From: Candidatus Gastranaerophilaceae bacterium | GTDB taxonomy: Bacteria > Cyanobacteriota > Vampirovibrionia > Gastranaerophilales > Gastranaerophilaceae | Assembly: GCA_051875105.1 (NCBI GenBank) | Contig: JBJEGN010000108.1 | Span: forward strand, 501-64,500 | Direction of reading: 5' to 3' | Length of the DNA stretch: 64,000 bases | In this document: positions 19,340 to 29,779 of the stretch, in pieces | How positions within the stretch are numbered: the stretch's first letter is position 1 | Layout of the letters: every line of letters begins with the position of its first letter | Program-made: the position numbers and the translations under genes | Notes under the pieces: generated by a model | Told to the model about the DNA's origin: nothing | What the model saw: only the letters and a program-made list of their open reading frames with translations | Database searches by the model: none

Positions 19340-20599
19340 ATGGCAGATAACAATGTAATCATAATATCTGACAAAAAAGAAACAGCAAAACAATTGGTCG
19401 CAAAAATTCTTTTACTGCGTTCCGTAGACTCTGTAGGATATATGAATTATGAAACTGCTGAAATGCTTTTGAAAACAAAATATCCTGATGTTTTACTCGT
19501 ACATTTGAAAAATTCATCTGATATCAAATTCATAAAGAAAATAAAATCTTATAAAACTTTGGAGCAAACATCTTTTATCGCCTTATTTGACAAGCAAAAC
19601 AACGATTTGTTGTGCGAAGCGTTCGACTCCGGAATAGATGATTTTTTTGATATAAACTCTGATGAATCAGCTGTCATAATGAGAATTATGTGGGGATTAA
19701 AAAGGAAATTATTAAATGATTCATCAAAAGGTAAATCCGATGTTTTATCTTTATTAGAAATTACAGATACCCAAACAGGATTTTACAAAAAAAACTATAC
19801 AAAAAAAGTTTTTAAGAAAAAATATACTAATGCCGCAAATAAAAAGTCAAAATCAATCTTTATGGTTTTATCCTTCGACATAATAAACAAAAGTAAAATA
19901 ACACAAAAAAGCCTAAGTGAAATTATATACAAATGTATTCGTTCAAGTGATGATGCCGGCTTTGCACAAGATGACAAAATCTATCTGCTCCTCAATCAGT
20001 CAAACGAATATGGTGCTAAATGCGTTTATAAAAAAATTAATACTCTTTTAAAAGGAGAAGCAACTGTTTCCGCTGCGGGCATGGATGTTTCATCGTGTTG
20101 TTTTGAAGATGCTGAAAGAATTTTGAAAAAGAATCATACACAAGCCTTAAAACAACAAAATACTTTTATATTTTTAGACGAAGATTTTGATAAAGTTGAA
20201 AACGAAAATTTTGATAAATCTGATTTGAAAGAAAACAATTTTGCTATTTTAAAACGAGTTTTCTTAAACAGAACAGAAAAAATAATAACTCCTGTATTTT
20301 TCAAAATGCAGGCTATATACGAACCAAAATTATACGATACAGTCATAAATCAAAAATTTTCAGAAACAGAAAGTATTTTTTCTGTTAATGGAAAAAATTG
20401 CTCTTTAAATATTTCGATTTTATACAATGATTACACGACAATACATGTTATAATGACAGAAAATGACAAAGGTAAAATTAATATGCAAAAAGCATCGTTT
20501 GCCCCCAAAGAATTAACTGCTGTCAAACTTGAAAACATTATTCAAAAAGCAGTTGAAAAATATCAAAAGAATTTACATGAAAGTGACAAAAATTTATGA
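19340..20599 (+). CDS. pseudo-receiver plus degenerate GGDEF-like domain protein (hypothetical)
   Basis: The N-terminal ~120 aa looks like a REC fold, but the expected phospho-Asp position reads VLLVHL. A central segment starts with a GGDEF-domain-like ITDTQTGFY, but GFAQDDK stands in place of GGDEF. Confidence 0.45.
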   Translation: MADNNVIIISDKKETAKQLVAKILLLRSVDSVGYMNYETAEMLLKTKYPDVLLVHLKNSSDIKFIKKIKSYKTLEQTSFIALFDKQNNDLLCEAFDSGIDDFFDINSDESAVIMRIMWGLKRKLLNDSSKGKSDVLSLLEITDTQTGFYKKNYTKKVFKKKYTNAANKKSKSIFMVLSFDIINKSKITQKSLSEIIYKCIRSSDDAGFAQDDKIYLLLNQSNEYGAKCVYKKINTLLKGEATVSAAGMDVSSCCFEDAERILKKNHTQALKQQNTFIFLDEDFDKVENENFDKSDLKENNFAILKRVFLNRTEKIITPVFFKMQAIYEPKLYDTVINQKFSETESIFSVNGKNCSLNISILYNDYTTIHVIMTENDKGKINMQKASFAPKELTAVKLENIIQKAVEKYQKNLHESDKNL

Positions 20600-21372
20600 A
20601 ATGTTTAATTACATCGTCGGTAAAAAAATCGATTTCAGAAGCTGCAAATTTTGCACAAAAACTCGGAACAGGACTTGAAATAAGCAGACTGCCTAACACC
20701 GACCGGCTTGATGACGATTTCAGCGGTATAATTTCTGATTTAAAAAAATCTATAAAAAATTTTGACGGAGATATAACTTTACACGCTTTGTATTCCGACT
20801 TAAATCCTGCAACAAAAGATACAGCAATAAGAAAAGTCGTTTATAAAAGATATCAGCAATCATTTGAAGCAGCACTTGCAGTTAAAGCACAACATGTAGT
20901 TTTTCACTCAGGACATAAAGGCATGAAACATAAGGGTTCTGTTGAACATTATTTGAAAAATTCGATAATTTTTTGGAAAGAATATATCAAACAATTTGAA
21001 GACAGTGGTATAACGGCCGTTATGGAAAATGTACTTGAAGATGCTCCTGATAACATTTTGCATATCGTTGATGAAGTTAATTCTCCGAATTTGAAAATAT
21101 GTTTAGATACAGGACATGCAAATCTTTGTTCTGACATTCCGCATGCAGAATGGATAAAACGATACGGCAAAAGACTTGCACATATTCACGTTCATAATAA
21201 CTTCAAAACAAATGACGACCACAATGGGGTTAAAAATGGAACAGTCAACTTTTTGAATGTTTTTGAAACAATCAAGTCTGAAGAAATTTCTCCTTACATT
21301 GTTCTCGAAATCTTTGATGAAAACGAATTAAAAGAAAGTTTGGAATATCTCAAAAAATTTAATTATGTGTAA
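20596..21372 (+). CDS. sugar phosphate isomerase/epimerase (xylose isomerase-like TIM barrel)
   Basis: 258 aa with the VVFHSG, MENV, DTGHAN and HVHNN pattern characteristic of the AP-endonuclease-2/xylose-isomerase-like family. Confidence 0.7.
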   Translation: MKCLITSSVKKSISEAANFAQKLGTGLEISRLPNTDRLDDDFSGIISDLKKSIKNFDGDITLHALYSDLNPATKDTAIRKVVYKRYQQSFEAALAVKAQHVVFHSGHKGMKHKGSVEHYLKNSIIFWKEYIKQFEDSGITAVMENVLEDAPDNILHIVDEVNSPNLKICLDTGHANLCSDIPHAEWIKRYGKRLAHIHVHNNFKTNDDHNGVKNGTVNFLNVFETIKSEEISPYIVLEIFDENELKESLEYLKKFNYV

Positions 21373-22516
21373 AATCCAAACGGTAACCGTTTACGGAAAC
21401 CTCAAAATCGTAATCTGTTTCAGACATCAATTCAGAACGTTGATTTTTGTAATCAATACTCCAAGTTCCGAGAAATTTTGAGCCATTATGATCTTTTCCG
21501 TAAACATAAGCATAAGCGATAATTCTATCTTTGTTATATTTATCCCAGCCTATCGGATAAATATCCCACATATAATCAACTAAATCCAAGCCTTTCATAT
21601 TTTTCCAATAATAACGAATTGCTTCCCTAAGAGCAGATAGTTCATAAGCTTTTTGTGTTTCAAAATCGTATGCCCAAAGTTGAGTTTTCCAAGGACCTTG
21701 TGTTTGAGCACCAATTTTTTCCTTGACAGCTATCTTTTGACCATCTTCAGACCAGTCGAGTAAAACCAAAGTTTTTTTCTCATTTGGAGCAAGTCTATCC
21801 GTTCCCGCTCTTAAAATAGGTATCCGTTCCGCTTCCATTGTATAAAAATCACGAAGTGCTGAAAGTCTTGTAGCTCCATCAGGAATGTTAATAATAAACA
21901 TCTCTGATGCAACTTGTGCAGATGAAGGATAAGAATATACGACCGAATATATTAACCGTTTTTCATCAGGAGATAAAACACCTTGTGTAACAAGCTGTCT
22001 TTTCGTCATTAATAATCTTAAATCTAAATCTCTTGAACCGGGGGGATTATTGTATTTTATAATTCTAAGTTCCGGATCAGGCATATTGACAATTTTTTCA
22101 TCCTTTTTAATTGAAGGACGGGGAATATTCATTGATTCACGCTTAACGTCTTTTGACATTTCAAGGTATTGTGCATATGTCAAAGGAGCATTATTCATTT
22201 TTTTTACACGTCTGTATGTATATTTTTTAAGATGTTTTGATTTTTTGAATTTTGGCTCTTTTACTTTTTTTGAACTATGTTTTTTTACCTTTTTTTCTTC
22301 TTTTTGCTTTTTTTTAATTTCTTTTGGAGTTTCAGGCTCAGGCATCAAAATATCAGGCAAATCTTCTTCTTTTTCAAGAGCTTTTTCTGCATTCTTTTTT
22401 GGATTTTCAAGCACGTCAACATTTGGCTTTGACCAAAAACACCATTCAAAAGCATTTGCAGGTAAAACAAAAAAGAGCGTTAATATTGAAATTAACAAAG
22501 CCCTCTTTTTAAACAT
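21359..22516 (-). CDS. secreted hypothetical protein with a Lys-rich linker
   Basis: Signal peptide MFKKRALLISILTLFFVLPANA, then a KKKQKEEKKVKKHSSKK low-complexity stretch and a C-terminal globular part. Its start codon overlaps the stop of the response regulator gene, so the two appear co-transcribed. Confidence 0.5.
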   Translation of the reverse strand: MFKKRALLISILTLFFVLPANAFEWCFWSKPNVDVLENPKKNAEKALEKEEDLPDILMPEPETPKEIKKKQKEEKKVKKHSSKKVKEPKFKKSKHLKKYTYRRVKKMNNAPLTYAQYLEMSKDVKRESMNIPRPSIKKDEKIVNMPDPELRIIKYNNPPGSRDLDLRLLMTKRQLVTQGVLSPDEKRLIYSVVYSYPSSAQVASEMFIINIPDGATRLSALRDFYTMEAERIPILRAGTDRLAPNEKKTLVLLDWSEDGQKIAVKEKIGAQTQGPWKTQLWAYDFETQKAYELSALREAIRYYWKNMKGLDLVDYMWDIYPIGWDKYNKDRIIAYAYVYGKDHNGSKFLGTWSIDYKNQRSELMSETDYDFEVSVNGYRLDFTHN

Positions 22517-23190
22517 TAAACAAGTCCTTCTTGATAAGCTTTTGCAGTTGCTTTGTGTTTATCAGCAACATAAAGTTTACCTAAAACATTGTGAACATGA
22601 GCCCTTGCAGTAGATAAAGTAACAACAAGTTTATCCGCAATTTCCTGATTATCAAGCCCTTCCGCAATTAGACAAAGCACCTCATATTCACGTTTTGTAA
22701 GATTATATTCCTTGTATTTATAAGGATTTACAGATTTATTAGTTTTTTGTTCTGTTGGTTTTTGTTTTTGAATATTAGAGAGAACTAACTTTGCAATAGC
22801 AGGATCAAGCCAAGCTGTTCCTTCAGAAACAGCCGTAATTGCCGCTGTCAATTGTTGTTCATTTGCACCCTTCATAATATATCCGTCAGCACCGGCTCCA
22901 AGAGCTGCAAAAACATCATCACCACAATCTCTTGATGTATAAATCAAAATCCTCGGCTGAATAGAATTATCACTCTTTATAATCTGCGTTGCTTGAATTC
23001 CGTCCATTACAGGCAATCCAATATCCATCAAAATTACATCAGGCAAAAGTTCTTTCGCAAGCTCAACACCCTTTTTACCGTTATCTGCTTCACCGATAAC
23101 TTTGATGTTTTCAGCCTTTTCAAGTACCATTTGAAGTCCGAGCCTTGTCATTGTATGATCTTCTACCAACAAAACTTTGATTTCTGCCAT
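22516..23190 (-). CDS. NarL/LuxR-family response regulator
   Basis: REC domain (DVILMDIGLP) and a C-terminal LuxR HTH (LTKREYEVLCLIAEGLDNQEIADKL). Confidence 0.88.
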   Translation of the reverse strand: MAEIKVLLVEDHTMTRLGLQMVLEKAENIKVIGEADNGKKGVELAKELLPDVILMDIGLPVMDGIQATQIIKSDNSIQPRILIYTSRDCGDDVFAALGAGADGYIMKGANEQQLTAAITAVSEGTAWLDPAIAKLVLSNIQKQKPTEQKTNKSVNPYKYKEYNLTKREYEVLCLIAEGLDNQEIADKLVVTLSTARAHVHNVLGKLYVADKHKATAKAYQEGLV

Positions 23191-23192
23191 AA

Positions 23193-24737
23193 TTACACCT
23201 TATTTTTTACAACAACTGCATCTAAAAGAAGAAAGAAAAACTCACTTCCTTTGTTTTGAACACTCTCAAGCCATATTTTTCCGCCATGAGCCTCTATAAT
23301 TTGCTTTGATAAATACAATCCTAAACCTGTACTTGCAGAGCGTTTTGCTTGTGTTCCCTGTGAAAACCTTTTAAACATTTTATTTATATCTGCATGAGAG
23401 ATGCCCACTCCGTTATCCTTTACAGAAAACATATAATCATTACCATTTTTTGAAGATTTAACAAGAATTTTTCCGTTTTCTTCCGTATAATTAACAGCAT
23501 TTCCGAGTAAATTCATAATAACTCGTCTGATTTCATTTCTATCTGCCAAAATTTCTTCATCATCAGCCATATCAAATTCATTAATCAGCTCAATATTTTT
23601 TGATTTTGCAAGAGATTCGACCTCACCGCAACATTGACGAACTAAATCATTAGGCGAAAATTCAGACTTTGCAAGCGGTATTCCGCCGGATTCATATTTG
23701 TAAACTTCTAATAATGCATTCACTAAGCCTAACATATCTTTATTGCTTTGCATCATTGTTGTTAAAAGTAAATTTTGTTTTTCGGTAAGTTCACCCAATG
23801 AACCGTCTGTAAAGAATTTCAACGTTTGAATTGCCGCAAGCAAAGGTGTTCTTAAATCATGGGTCAATGTTGCAATAAAATCTTCTCGCAATCTTTGAGC
23901 TTCTTTTTGTGCAGAAACATCTCGTATTACACAGACATAATAATCTCCAGGAAGAATTTTTGCATAACTTATTTCTGTTGAAATACAATTGTCATTGACA
24001 ACATTTTTTATTGTCACATCATGAACCATTCCGGAATTCCCAAAATCGCTAAATAACTCAGAAAAAGACTCTTCATTATCCGGATAAAAAAGTTCATCAA
24101 TCGTAAGTTTTTTCAACATTCTTTCTGATTGACCAAACATACTTTCCGCCGCACAATTTGCAGCATCTATAGTTCCTCTGTCTGAAATCAAAACAATTCC
24201 GTCTGCACAATTTGAAATAACAGCATTCAATTTTGAATTAGCTTCAGACAATTCTGCAGTTCTTGCTTTGACCATTTCTTCCAAATGATTTGAATATCTT
24301 CCAAGCTCTTCATTTGCTTTATTTAATTGAATAATTTTTTCTTTCAAAGATGCAATAAGATTACTTCTTTCAATACCATTTCTGATATTAATTATTAAAT
24401 CGTCATTATCCCAAGGTTTTTCAATGTATTTGTAAAGACCAACTTCATTAATTGCACGAACTGCGTTTTCCTTATCAGCATAACCGGTAAGCAAAATTTT
24501 ACACGTATCAGGATAAAGTTCATTCGCTGCCTTCAAAAATTCTAAACCATTCATCTCCGGCATCATAAAATCGGAAATTATCAAATCAGGTTGGTTATCC
24601 TTCAAAAATTCTACCGCTTTTTTTGGCTCATTAAAAAAATGAGTATCCGTAAAACCTTCCAAACTTAACAATGTCTTTAAAGTTGAGGTCACGATTTTTT
24701 CATCGTCAACAATTAATATTTTCTTTGTCTTATACAT
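23193..24737 (-). CDS. hybrid sensor histidine kinase (REC-PAS-HisKA-HATPase)
   Basis: N-terminal receiver (DLIISDFMMPEMNG), a PAS-like segment, H-box ATLTHDLRTPL, N-box LLGNAVNYT, and G-boxes DNGVGI and GLGLYLS. Confidence 0.88.
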   Translation of the reverse strand: MYKTKKILIVDDEKIVTSTLKTLLSLEGFTDTHFFNEPKKAVEFLKDNQPDLIISDFMMPEMNGLEFLKAANELYPDTCKILLTGYADKENAVRAINEVGLYKYIEKPWDNDDLIINIRNGIERSNLIASLKEKIIQLNKANEELGRYSNHLEEMVKARTAELSEANSKLNAVISNCADGIVLISDRGTIDAANCAAESMFGQSERMLKKLTIDELFYPDNEESFSELFSDFGNSGMVHDVTIKNVVNDNCISTEISYAKILPGDYYVCVIRDVSAQKEAQRLREDFIATLTHDLRTPLLAAIQTLKFFTDGSLGELTEKQNLLLTTMMQSNKDMLGLVNALLEVYKYESGGIPLAKSEFSPNDLVRQCCGEVESLAKSKNIELINEFDMADDEEILADRNEIRRVIMNLLGNAVNYTEENGKILVKSSKNGNDYMFSVKDNGVGISHADINKMFKRFSQGTQAKRSASTGLGLYLSKQIIEAHGGKIWLESVQNKGSEFFFLLLDAVVVKNKV

Positions 24738-24874
24738 TGTTTATCCCTTAAATTACAAAAAGGCAGTCACACCACCTCTCCAACATATTAATCTATATGT
24801 TGTCTAATTGCAACTTTATTAAATATTGTAAATCCGGAATTTACATAAATTCAGCTTTTTTAATTTGAAAATTT

Positions 24875-25643
24875 TTATTTAGGTTCGTCCAATATCATAT
24901 CAGGATAAATAAATTTGTATAAAAACTTCGACCAACAAACTATCGTTGTGATAATTATATACGCACTTATCAAATAATAAATACTTATTGTGCCATTTTG
25001 AATAAACACAGGAACTCCATATACAAAAATAAAATGTTCAGCTGCAAATATACATATAAAAATAGAAAATGTCGCAAACAAAAATCCCAAAGACAAAATA
25101 TTATACCCAAATAACTCTTTCCAAAATTTGATATATGTCCAAATTATTCGATTTTCACCAATCGAAAAAGTTATAATTATTCCCGAAGTTAATACAATAT
25201 TGATGAAAGCCATTAACGGTAATATTATGATAAAAAGATAAGAACTTAAATGAAATAAATAAATAAATGAATACAGCCAAAATAAACGAAGAAGTGACAT
25301 TTGTGATAAATGAATAAATAAGAAATAATAATAAATATGCGTTGCTTCTCCAAACTTCTTTAATCTTTAAATACTTTCTCATTAAATGAATAGAATACAA
25401 AATCAACATCGAAACCGACAAATTCATTCCAAAATAGTTATTACCGATAAATAAAGTTACAAACAACACCAACAATGTCATGTATTTATTTGAATCTTCA
25501 ATAGGATAAAATAATAAATCGTTTAATGTCATTTCTTTAGGAACAAGTTTTTCTTGCTCATTTTCCAAAATAAGACTATTCAAATAATAATTATCATCGT
25601 CTTGAAAATCACCGTTTTGATAACAACCACCAAAAAATCCCAT
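24875..25643 (-). pseudogene. multi-pass membrane protein split over two overlapping reading frames (possible frameshift)
   Basis: Track ORFs 25155-25643 and 24875-25300 are both hydrophobic, on the same strand, in different frames, and overlap by 146 nt. Confidence 0.35.
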
Positions 25644-25740
25644 GAAAACTCCTTATGAAAATTATATAATTTTTTGAAATTAAAACAAGAAAAATTTTTC
25701 TAAAAAATATATATAAATACAAAATAAAAACATGTATAAT

Positions 25741-25769
25741 AAAAAACCGGCTCAAAGAACCGGTTTTTT
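25741..25769. terminator. intrinsic terminator downstream of tuf
   Basis: AAAAAACCGG-CTCAAAGAA-CCGGTTTTTT symmetric hairpin. Confidence 0.6.
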
Positions 25770-25793
25770 AAATTTGCTTTCGTTTCTCGGAAA

Positions 25794-27002
25794 CTATGCG
25801 TTGATTTTATCAACAACACCAGCGCCTACTGTACGTCCACCTTCTCTGATTGCAAATCTCATACCTTCTTCGATTGCAACAGGAGCAATAAGTTCAACGT
25901 TCATTACAACGTTGTCACCAGGCATTACCATTTCGCCTTCGAATTGGATAGTACCAGTTACGTCAGTTGTTCTGATGTAGAACTGAGGTCTGTATCCTGG
26001 GAAGAATGGAGTGTGACGTCCGCCTTCGTCCTTTGTTAATACGTAAACGTTAGCTGTAAACTTAGTGTGCGGATGAATTGATCCGATTGCTGCCAAAACT
26101 TGTCCTCTTTGAACGTCTGTTTTATCAACACCACGGAGTAATGCACCAATGTTGTCGCCTGCAAGACCTTCATCGAGTTGTTTTCTGAACATTTCAACAC
26201 CGGTTACAGTTGTTTTCTTAGTTTCGCCGAAACCAACGATTTCAACTTCTTGTCCAACTTTTACACGTCCTCTTTCAACACGGCCTGTTGCTACTGTACC
26301 ACGACCTGTGATTGAGAAAATGTCTTCAATCGGCATAAGGAACGGTTGGTCAACATCACGTTCAGGAGTCGGGATGTAATCATCGATTGCATCCATCAAT
26401 TCCCAAATTTTATCAACCCACTTGTCTTCGCCTCTTTTGATTGAAGCGTTTGCTTGAACTGCTTCTAATGCTTTCAAAGCTGAACCTCTGATGAACGGAA
26501 TGTTGTCACCATCAAATTCATATTGTGATAACAATTCTCTTGCTTCCATTTCTACCAAATCGAGCAATTCTTCGTCATCAACCATATCACATTTGTTCAA
26601 GAATACTACAAGTCTGGGAACACCAACCTGACGTGCCAACAAGATGTGTTCTCTTGTTTGAGGCATCGGACCATCTGTTGCTGCAATAACGAGGATACCA
26701 CCATCCATTTGTGCTGCACCAGTAATCATGTTTTTAACATAGTCAGCGTGACCCGGGCAGTCAACGTGTGCATAGTGTCTTTTTTCTGTTTCATATTCAA
26801 CGTGTGCTGTTGAAATGGTTATACCTCTTGCCTTTTCTTCAGGAGCAGCATCGATTTCATCAAATTTCTTTGCTTGTGCTTGACCAGCTGCTGCCAAAAC
26901 TGCAGTGATAGCTGCTGTCAAAGTTGTCTTACCGTGGTCAACGTGTCCTACGGTACCAATGTTTACGTGCGGTTTCGTACGTTCATATTTTTCACGTGCC
27001 AT
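25794..27002 (-). CDS. tuf: elongation factor Tu
   Basis: [17 protein letters not shown] and NKCD GTPase motifs. 402 aa with strong overall EF-Tu identity. Confidence 0.98.
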   Translation of the reverse strand: MAREKYERTKPHVNIGTVGHVDHGKTTLTAAITAVLAAAGQAQAKKFDEIDAAPEEKARGITISTAHVEYETEKRHYAHVDCPGHADYVKNMITGAAQMDGGILVIAATDGPMPQTREHILLARQVGVPRLVVFLNKCDMVDDEELLDLVEMEARELLSQYEFDGDNIPFIRGSALKALEAVQANASIKRGEDKWVDKIWELMDAIDDYIPTPERDVDQPFLMPIEDIFSITGRGTVATGRVERGRVKVGQEVEIVGFGETKKTTVTGVEMFRKQLDEGLAGDNIGALLRGVDKTDVQRGQVLAAIGSIHPHTKFTANVYVLTKDEGGRHTPFFPGYRPQFYIRTTDVTGTIQFEGEMVMPGDNVVMNVELIAPVAIEEGMRFAIREGGRTVGAGVVDKINA

Positions 27003-27068
27003 GAGATTAATCTCCTTTTCTGTATTATCTCTACCGTTTATATCCTAAATAATTATTATAGGCCAATT

Positions 27069-27140
27069 AGCCTTTGACGGGATTTGAACCCGTGGCCTCT
27101 CCCTTACCAAGGGAGTGCGCTACCCCTGCGCCACAAAGGC
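27069..27140 (-). tRNA. tRNA-Thr (anticodon GGU)
   Basis: Manual cloverleaf: acceptor GCCTTTG/CAAAGGC, anticodon loop TTGGTAA, T-loop TTCAAAT. CCA is not encoded. Confidence 0.9.
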
Positions 27141-27155
27141 TTATAAGAAAGAGTT

Positions 27156-27238
27156 TGGGCAGGGGTGGATTCGAACCACCGTACACTCTCGTGAACAGAT
27201 TTACAGTCTGTCGCCTTTAGCCACTCGGCCATCTACCC
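27156..27238 (-). tRNA. tRNA-Tyr (anticodon GUA)
   Basis: Anticodon stem-loop ACAGA-CTGTAAA-TCTGT, a long variable arm, and T-arm GGTGG-TTCGAAT-CCACC. There is one A-C mismatch at the base of the acceptor stem. Confidence 0.88.
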
Positions 27239-27270
27239 ATATTAACTTTTAAAGTGCTAATTAATAAACT

Positions 27271-27342
27271 AGCCGGTGATAGGAATCGAACCTACAACCT
27301 ACGGTTTACAAAACCGTTGCTCTACCGTTGAGCTACACCGGC
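27271..27342 (-). tRNA. tRNA-Thr (anticodon UGU)
   Basis: Acceptor GCCGGTG/CACCGGC, anticodon loop TTTGTAA, T-loop TTCGATT. Confidence 0.9.
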
Positions 27343-27365
27343 ACAACTTCTTAAGTCGTATCTGT

Positions 27366-27394
27366 ATCATATTAGGGACAAACTTTTATGTCAA
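27366..27394 (-). promoter_or_regulatory. sigma70-type promoter of the tRNA-Thr/Tyr/Thr-tuf operon
   Basis: The minus strand reads TTGACA, then 17 nt, then TATGAT. The -10 element ends 23 nt before the first tRNA 5' end. Confidence 0.6.
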
Positions 27395-27461
27395 GTATTT
27401 CTTTTTTATTCTTTTTTTTTGTTACTTTTTTTTATATACTTCCTCGCAAACCTGCGTATTA

Positions 27462-27490
27462 TTTACATGCTCTTTTCATTGTGTTATATT
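27462..27490 (+). promoter_or_regulatory. sigma70-type promoter of trxA
   Basis: TTTACA, then 17 nt, then TATATT with an upstream TG extension. It is followed by RBS ACAGGAGGG and the ATG at 27515. Confidence 0.55.
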
Positions 27491-27514
27491 ATTAAAAAAC
27501 ACAGGAGGGCTATT

Positions 27515-27838
27515 ATGGCTGATATTCAAGAAATTAATGATTCTAATTTTAAAGATAATGTTATTGACTCTGAAAATGTTACAGTTGTCGATTTTTTTGC
27601 TCCCTGGTGCGGACCTTGCAGAAAAATGGCTGATGTAATTGCTCAACTTGCAGACGAATATCAAGGTAAAATCTCTGTTTACAAATTAAACACTGATGAC
27701 AACATAAAAACTGCTAAAGAATACTCTATCAGCAGTTTACCGAGCATTCTTATCTTTAAAAACGGTGAAGCTAAAGAAAGACTTGTTGGTCTTATGCCAA
27801 AATCTTCTTTAATAAACAACATCGAAAAATATCTTTAA
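27515..27838 (+). CDS. trxA: thioredoxin
   Basis: 107 aa from MADIQEINDSNF with the WCGPC active site. The track ORF starts further upstream at a non-ATG codon. Confidence 0.92.
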   Translation: MADIQEINDSNFKDNVIDSENVTVVDFFAPWCGPCRKMADVIAQLADEYQGKISVYKLNTDDNIKTAKEYSISSLPSILIFKNGEAKERLVGLMPKSSLINNIEKYL

Positions 27839-27854
27839 TTTTGTTTACATAATA

Positions 27855-27886
27855 AAAAAGACTTCCTAAAAAGGAAGTCTTTTTTA
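27855..27886. terminator. intrinsic terminator after trxA
   Basis: AAAAAGACTTCC-TAAAAA-GGAAGTCTTTTT hairpin with a T-run. Confidence 0.7.
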
Positions 27887-27919
27887 TTTGTTCTATATTC
27901 AAAAGGCATGCCCGCCTTA

Positions 27920-28390
27920 TTATTTTGTTTCATTCAATTCTTTTCTGATATCATCTACCGTAACATGCACGAGCGGTGAATTTTCGTCTTTTCGAAGATA
28001 TACATCTTTTATACCTGCTTGAACGATAAATCTTTTACACAAAATACATATAAAATTATGCCCCCAAATATACATTGTAGCATTTTGGCATCTATCTTGA
28101 CCTGCCTGAATTATAGCATTTTGTTCGGCATGAATGCTGCGGCATGTTTCATACCTTGTCCCGGACTGAATGTTATTTTCTATACGATAACAAGTACCTC
28201 TTTCGTGGCATGATTCAACTTTAGACGGAGTACCATTGTAGCCTGTTGCTTTAATTTTTTTGTCTTCTCCGACAATTACCGCTCCGACTTGCGAACGCAA
28301 ACAATTTGACCTTGTTGCACAAGTTTTTGCCATATCCAAAAAGTAATCGTTCCATTCTTTAATTTTATTTTTTTCTTTTAATTCTTGCAT
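27920..28390 (-). CDS. deoxycytidylate (dCMP) deaminase, ComEB-like
   Basis: HAEQNAI zinc-binding motif plus a downstream C-x-x-C (CILC), 156 aa. Confidence 0.85.
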   Translation of the reverse strand: MQELKEKNKIKEWNDYFLDMAKTCATRSNCLRSQVGAVIVGEDKKIKATGYNGTPSKVESCHERGTCYRIENNIQSGTRYETCRSIHAEQNAIIQAGQDRCQNATMYIWGHNFICILCKRFIVQAGIKDVYLRKDENSPLVHVTVDDIRKELNETK

Positions 28391-28399
28391 AGCATGCTC

Positions 28400-29767
28400 C
28401 TAATTATTCAAACTATGAATCGGGGCAGGAATTCTGCCGCCTCGTTTTACAAATCCTGTTGAGGATAAATTATTTACAGGCATAATCGGTGCTTCGCCGA
28501 GCAAACCGCCATAAACCGCATAATCACCGACTTTTTTATGTGGAACGGGAATAATTCTGACTGCCGTTGTTTTTTTATTAATCATTCCGATTGCCATTTC
28601 ATCAGCAATAATTCCGGCAATTGTATCAACAGGTGTTGCACCGGGAATTGCAATCATATCAAGTCCTACCGAGCATACGCATGTCATAGCTTCAAGTTTA
28701 TCAAAAGTCAAATAGCCATATTTTGCAGCTTCTATCATTTCAGCATCTTCAGAAACAGGAATAAAAGCTCCCGATAATCCGCCGACGTGCGAACTTGCCA
28801 TAATACCGCCTTTTTTAACGGCATCATTCAACATCGCAAGTGCAGCCGTCGTTCCATGAGCACCTGCATGCTCTAATCCCATCGCTCTAAAAATTCCTGC
28901 AACACTATCTCCGATTGCAGGTGTCGGAGCCAAGGACAAATCTATAATTCCAAAAGGTATTCCGAGTTTTTGTGCAAGTTCATGCCCGATTAACTCACCA
29001 GTCGAAGTAATCTTATACGCAATTTGTTTAATTTTATTAGCAACTTCTCCAAGCGGAGTATCTTTCGGCAAAGAATCCACTGCCGCTCTAACAACCCCCG
29101 GCCCTGAAACACCGATATTTAAAGCACATTCAGGCTCGCCTATTCCATGAAAAGCTCCTGCCATAAAAGGATTATCTCCCGGTGCATTACAGAAACATAC
29201 GAGTTTTGCCGCACCGATACCGTCTTGTTTTGCCGTCAAATCAGCCGATAATTTAATTATTTCTGCCATCATGTTTACAGCATCCATATTAATTCCTGCT
29301 TTTGATGAAGCTAAATTAATTGAAGAACAAATTTTATTTGTACAAGCAAGTGCCTCAGGAATGCTCGACATCAAAAGTCTGTCACCGTTTGTCAAACCTT
29401 TTTCGACCAAAGCACCAAATCCGCCAATAAAATCCACACCGACCTCATCTGCAACTTTATCCAAAACTTTTGCTAAATAAACATAATCCGGATTTTTGCA
29501 AGACTCACCCACCAAAGATATCGGAGTCACAGCAATTCTTTTATTCACAATCGGAATAGAATATTCAGATTCGATTTCGTCCGCATAATGTCTTAAATAC
29601 TGGGCATATCGAACAATTTTTTCATGGATTTTTTCACCCACGCATTTCACATCAGAATCCATACAATCTCTTAAACTCAAAGCAAGTGTCACCGTCCTGA
29701 TATCGAGATTGTGGACTCTTATCATATTTATTGTTTCGAGAATTGAATCCTCATTAAAAAAATTCAT
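28400..29767 (-). CDS. UPF0210 (DUF711, PFL-like) family protein
   Basis: 455 aa with [10 protein letters not shown] near the N-terminus. It is paired with an upstream ACT-domain gene, which is the conserved UPF0237/UPF0210 arrangement. Confidence 0.85.
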   Translation of the reverse strand: MNFFNEDSILETINMIRVHNLDIRTVTLALSLRDCMDSDVKCVGEKIHEKIVRYAQYLRHYADEIESEYSIPIVNKRIAVTPISLVGESCKNPDYVYLAKVLDKVADEVGVDFIGGFGALVEKGLTNGDRLLMSSIPEALACTNKICSSINLASSKAGINMDAVNMMAEIIKLSADLTAKQDGIGAAKLVCFCNAPGDNPFMAGAFHGIGEPECALNIGVSGPGVVRAAVDSLPKDTPLGEVANKIKQIAYKITSTGELIGHELAQKLGIPFGIIDLSLAPTPAIGDSVAGIFRAMGLEHAGAHGTTAALAMLNDAVKKGGIMASSHVGGLSGAFIPVSEDAEMIEAAKYGYLTFDKLEAMTCVCSVGLDMIAIPGATPVDTIAGIIADEMAIGMINKKTTAVRIIPVPHKKVGDYAVYGGLLGEAPIMPVNNLSSTGFVKRGGRIPAPIHSLNN

Positions 29768-29779
29768 TGTTTTTCCTCG

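Noticed and set aside
22050-22613. 187-aa plus-strand ORF overlapping the secreted protein gene and the response regulator gene.
   Set aside because: It is antisense to two well-supported minus-strand genes. The Phe/Ser-rich translation is what the complement of a Lys/Glu-rich region would give.
27069-27342. tRNA-Thr/Tyr/Thr cluster upstream of tuf as a possible island or integration marker.
   Set aside because: This is the widely conserved tufB-type tRNA-tuf operon arrangement (here without tRNA-Gly), with its own strong promoter. Nothing accessory is adjacent.
27276-27638. 120-aa plus-strand ORF, and the upstream extension of the thioredoxin ORF (27419 onward).
   Set aside because: It overlaps tRNA-Thr(UGU) in antisense and covers the promoter region. 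The thioredoxin start at 27515 has a proper RBS and gives the canonical 107-aa length.
27905-27920. GC-rich motif GGCATGCCCGCC. Related copies occur at ~49594-49608 (TAAGGCGGGCATGC, inverted) and ~53146-53160 (GGGCATGCCCGC, inside a CDS).
   Set aside because: There are only three short, imperfect occurrences in different contexts (intergenic and coding). I cannot exclude chance or a shared palindromic GCATGC core without a genome-wide count.
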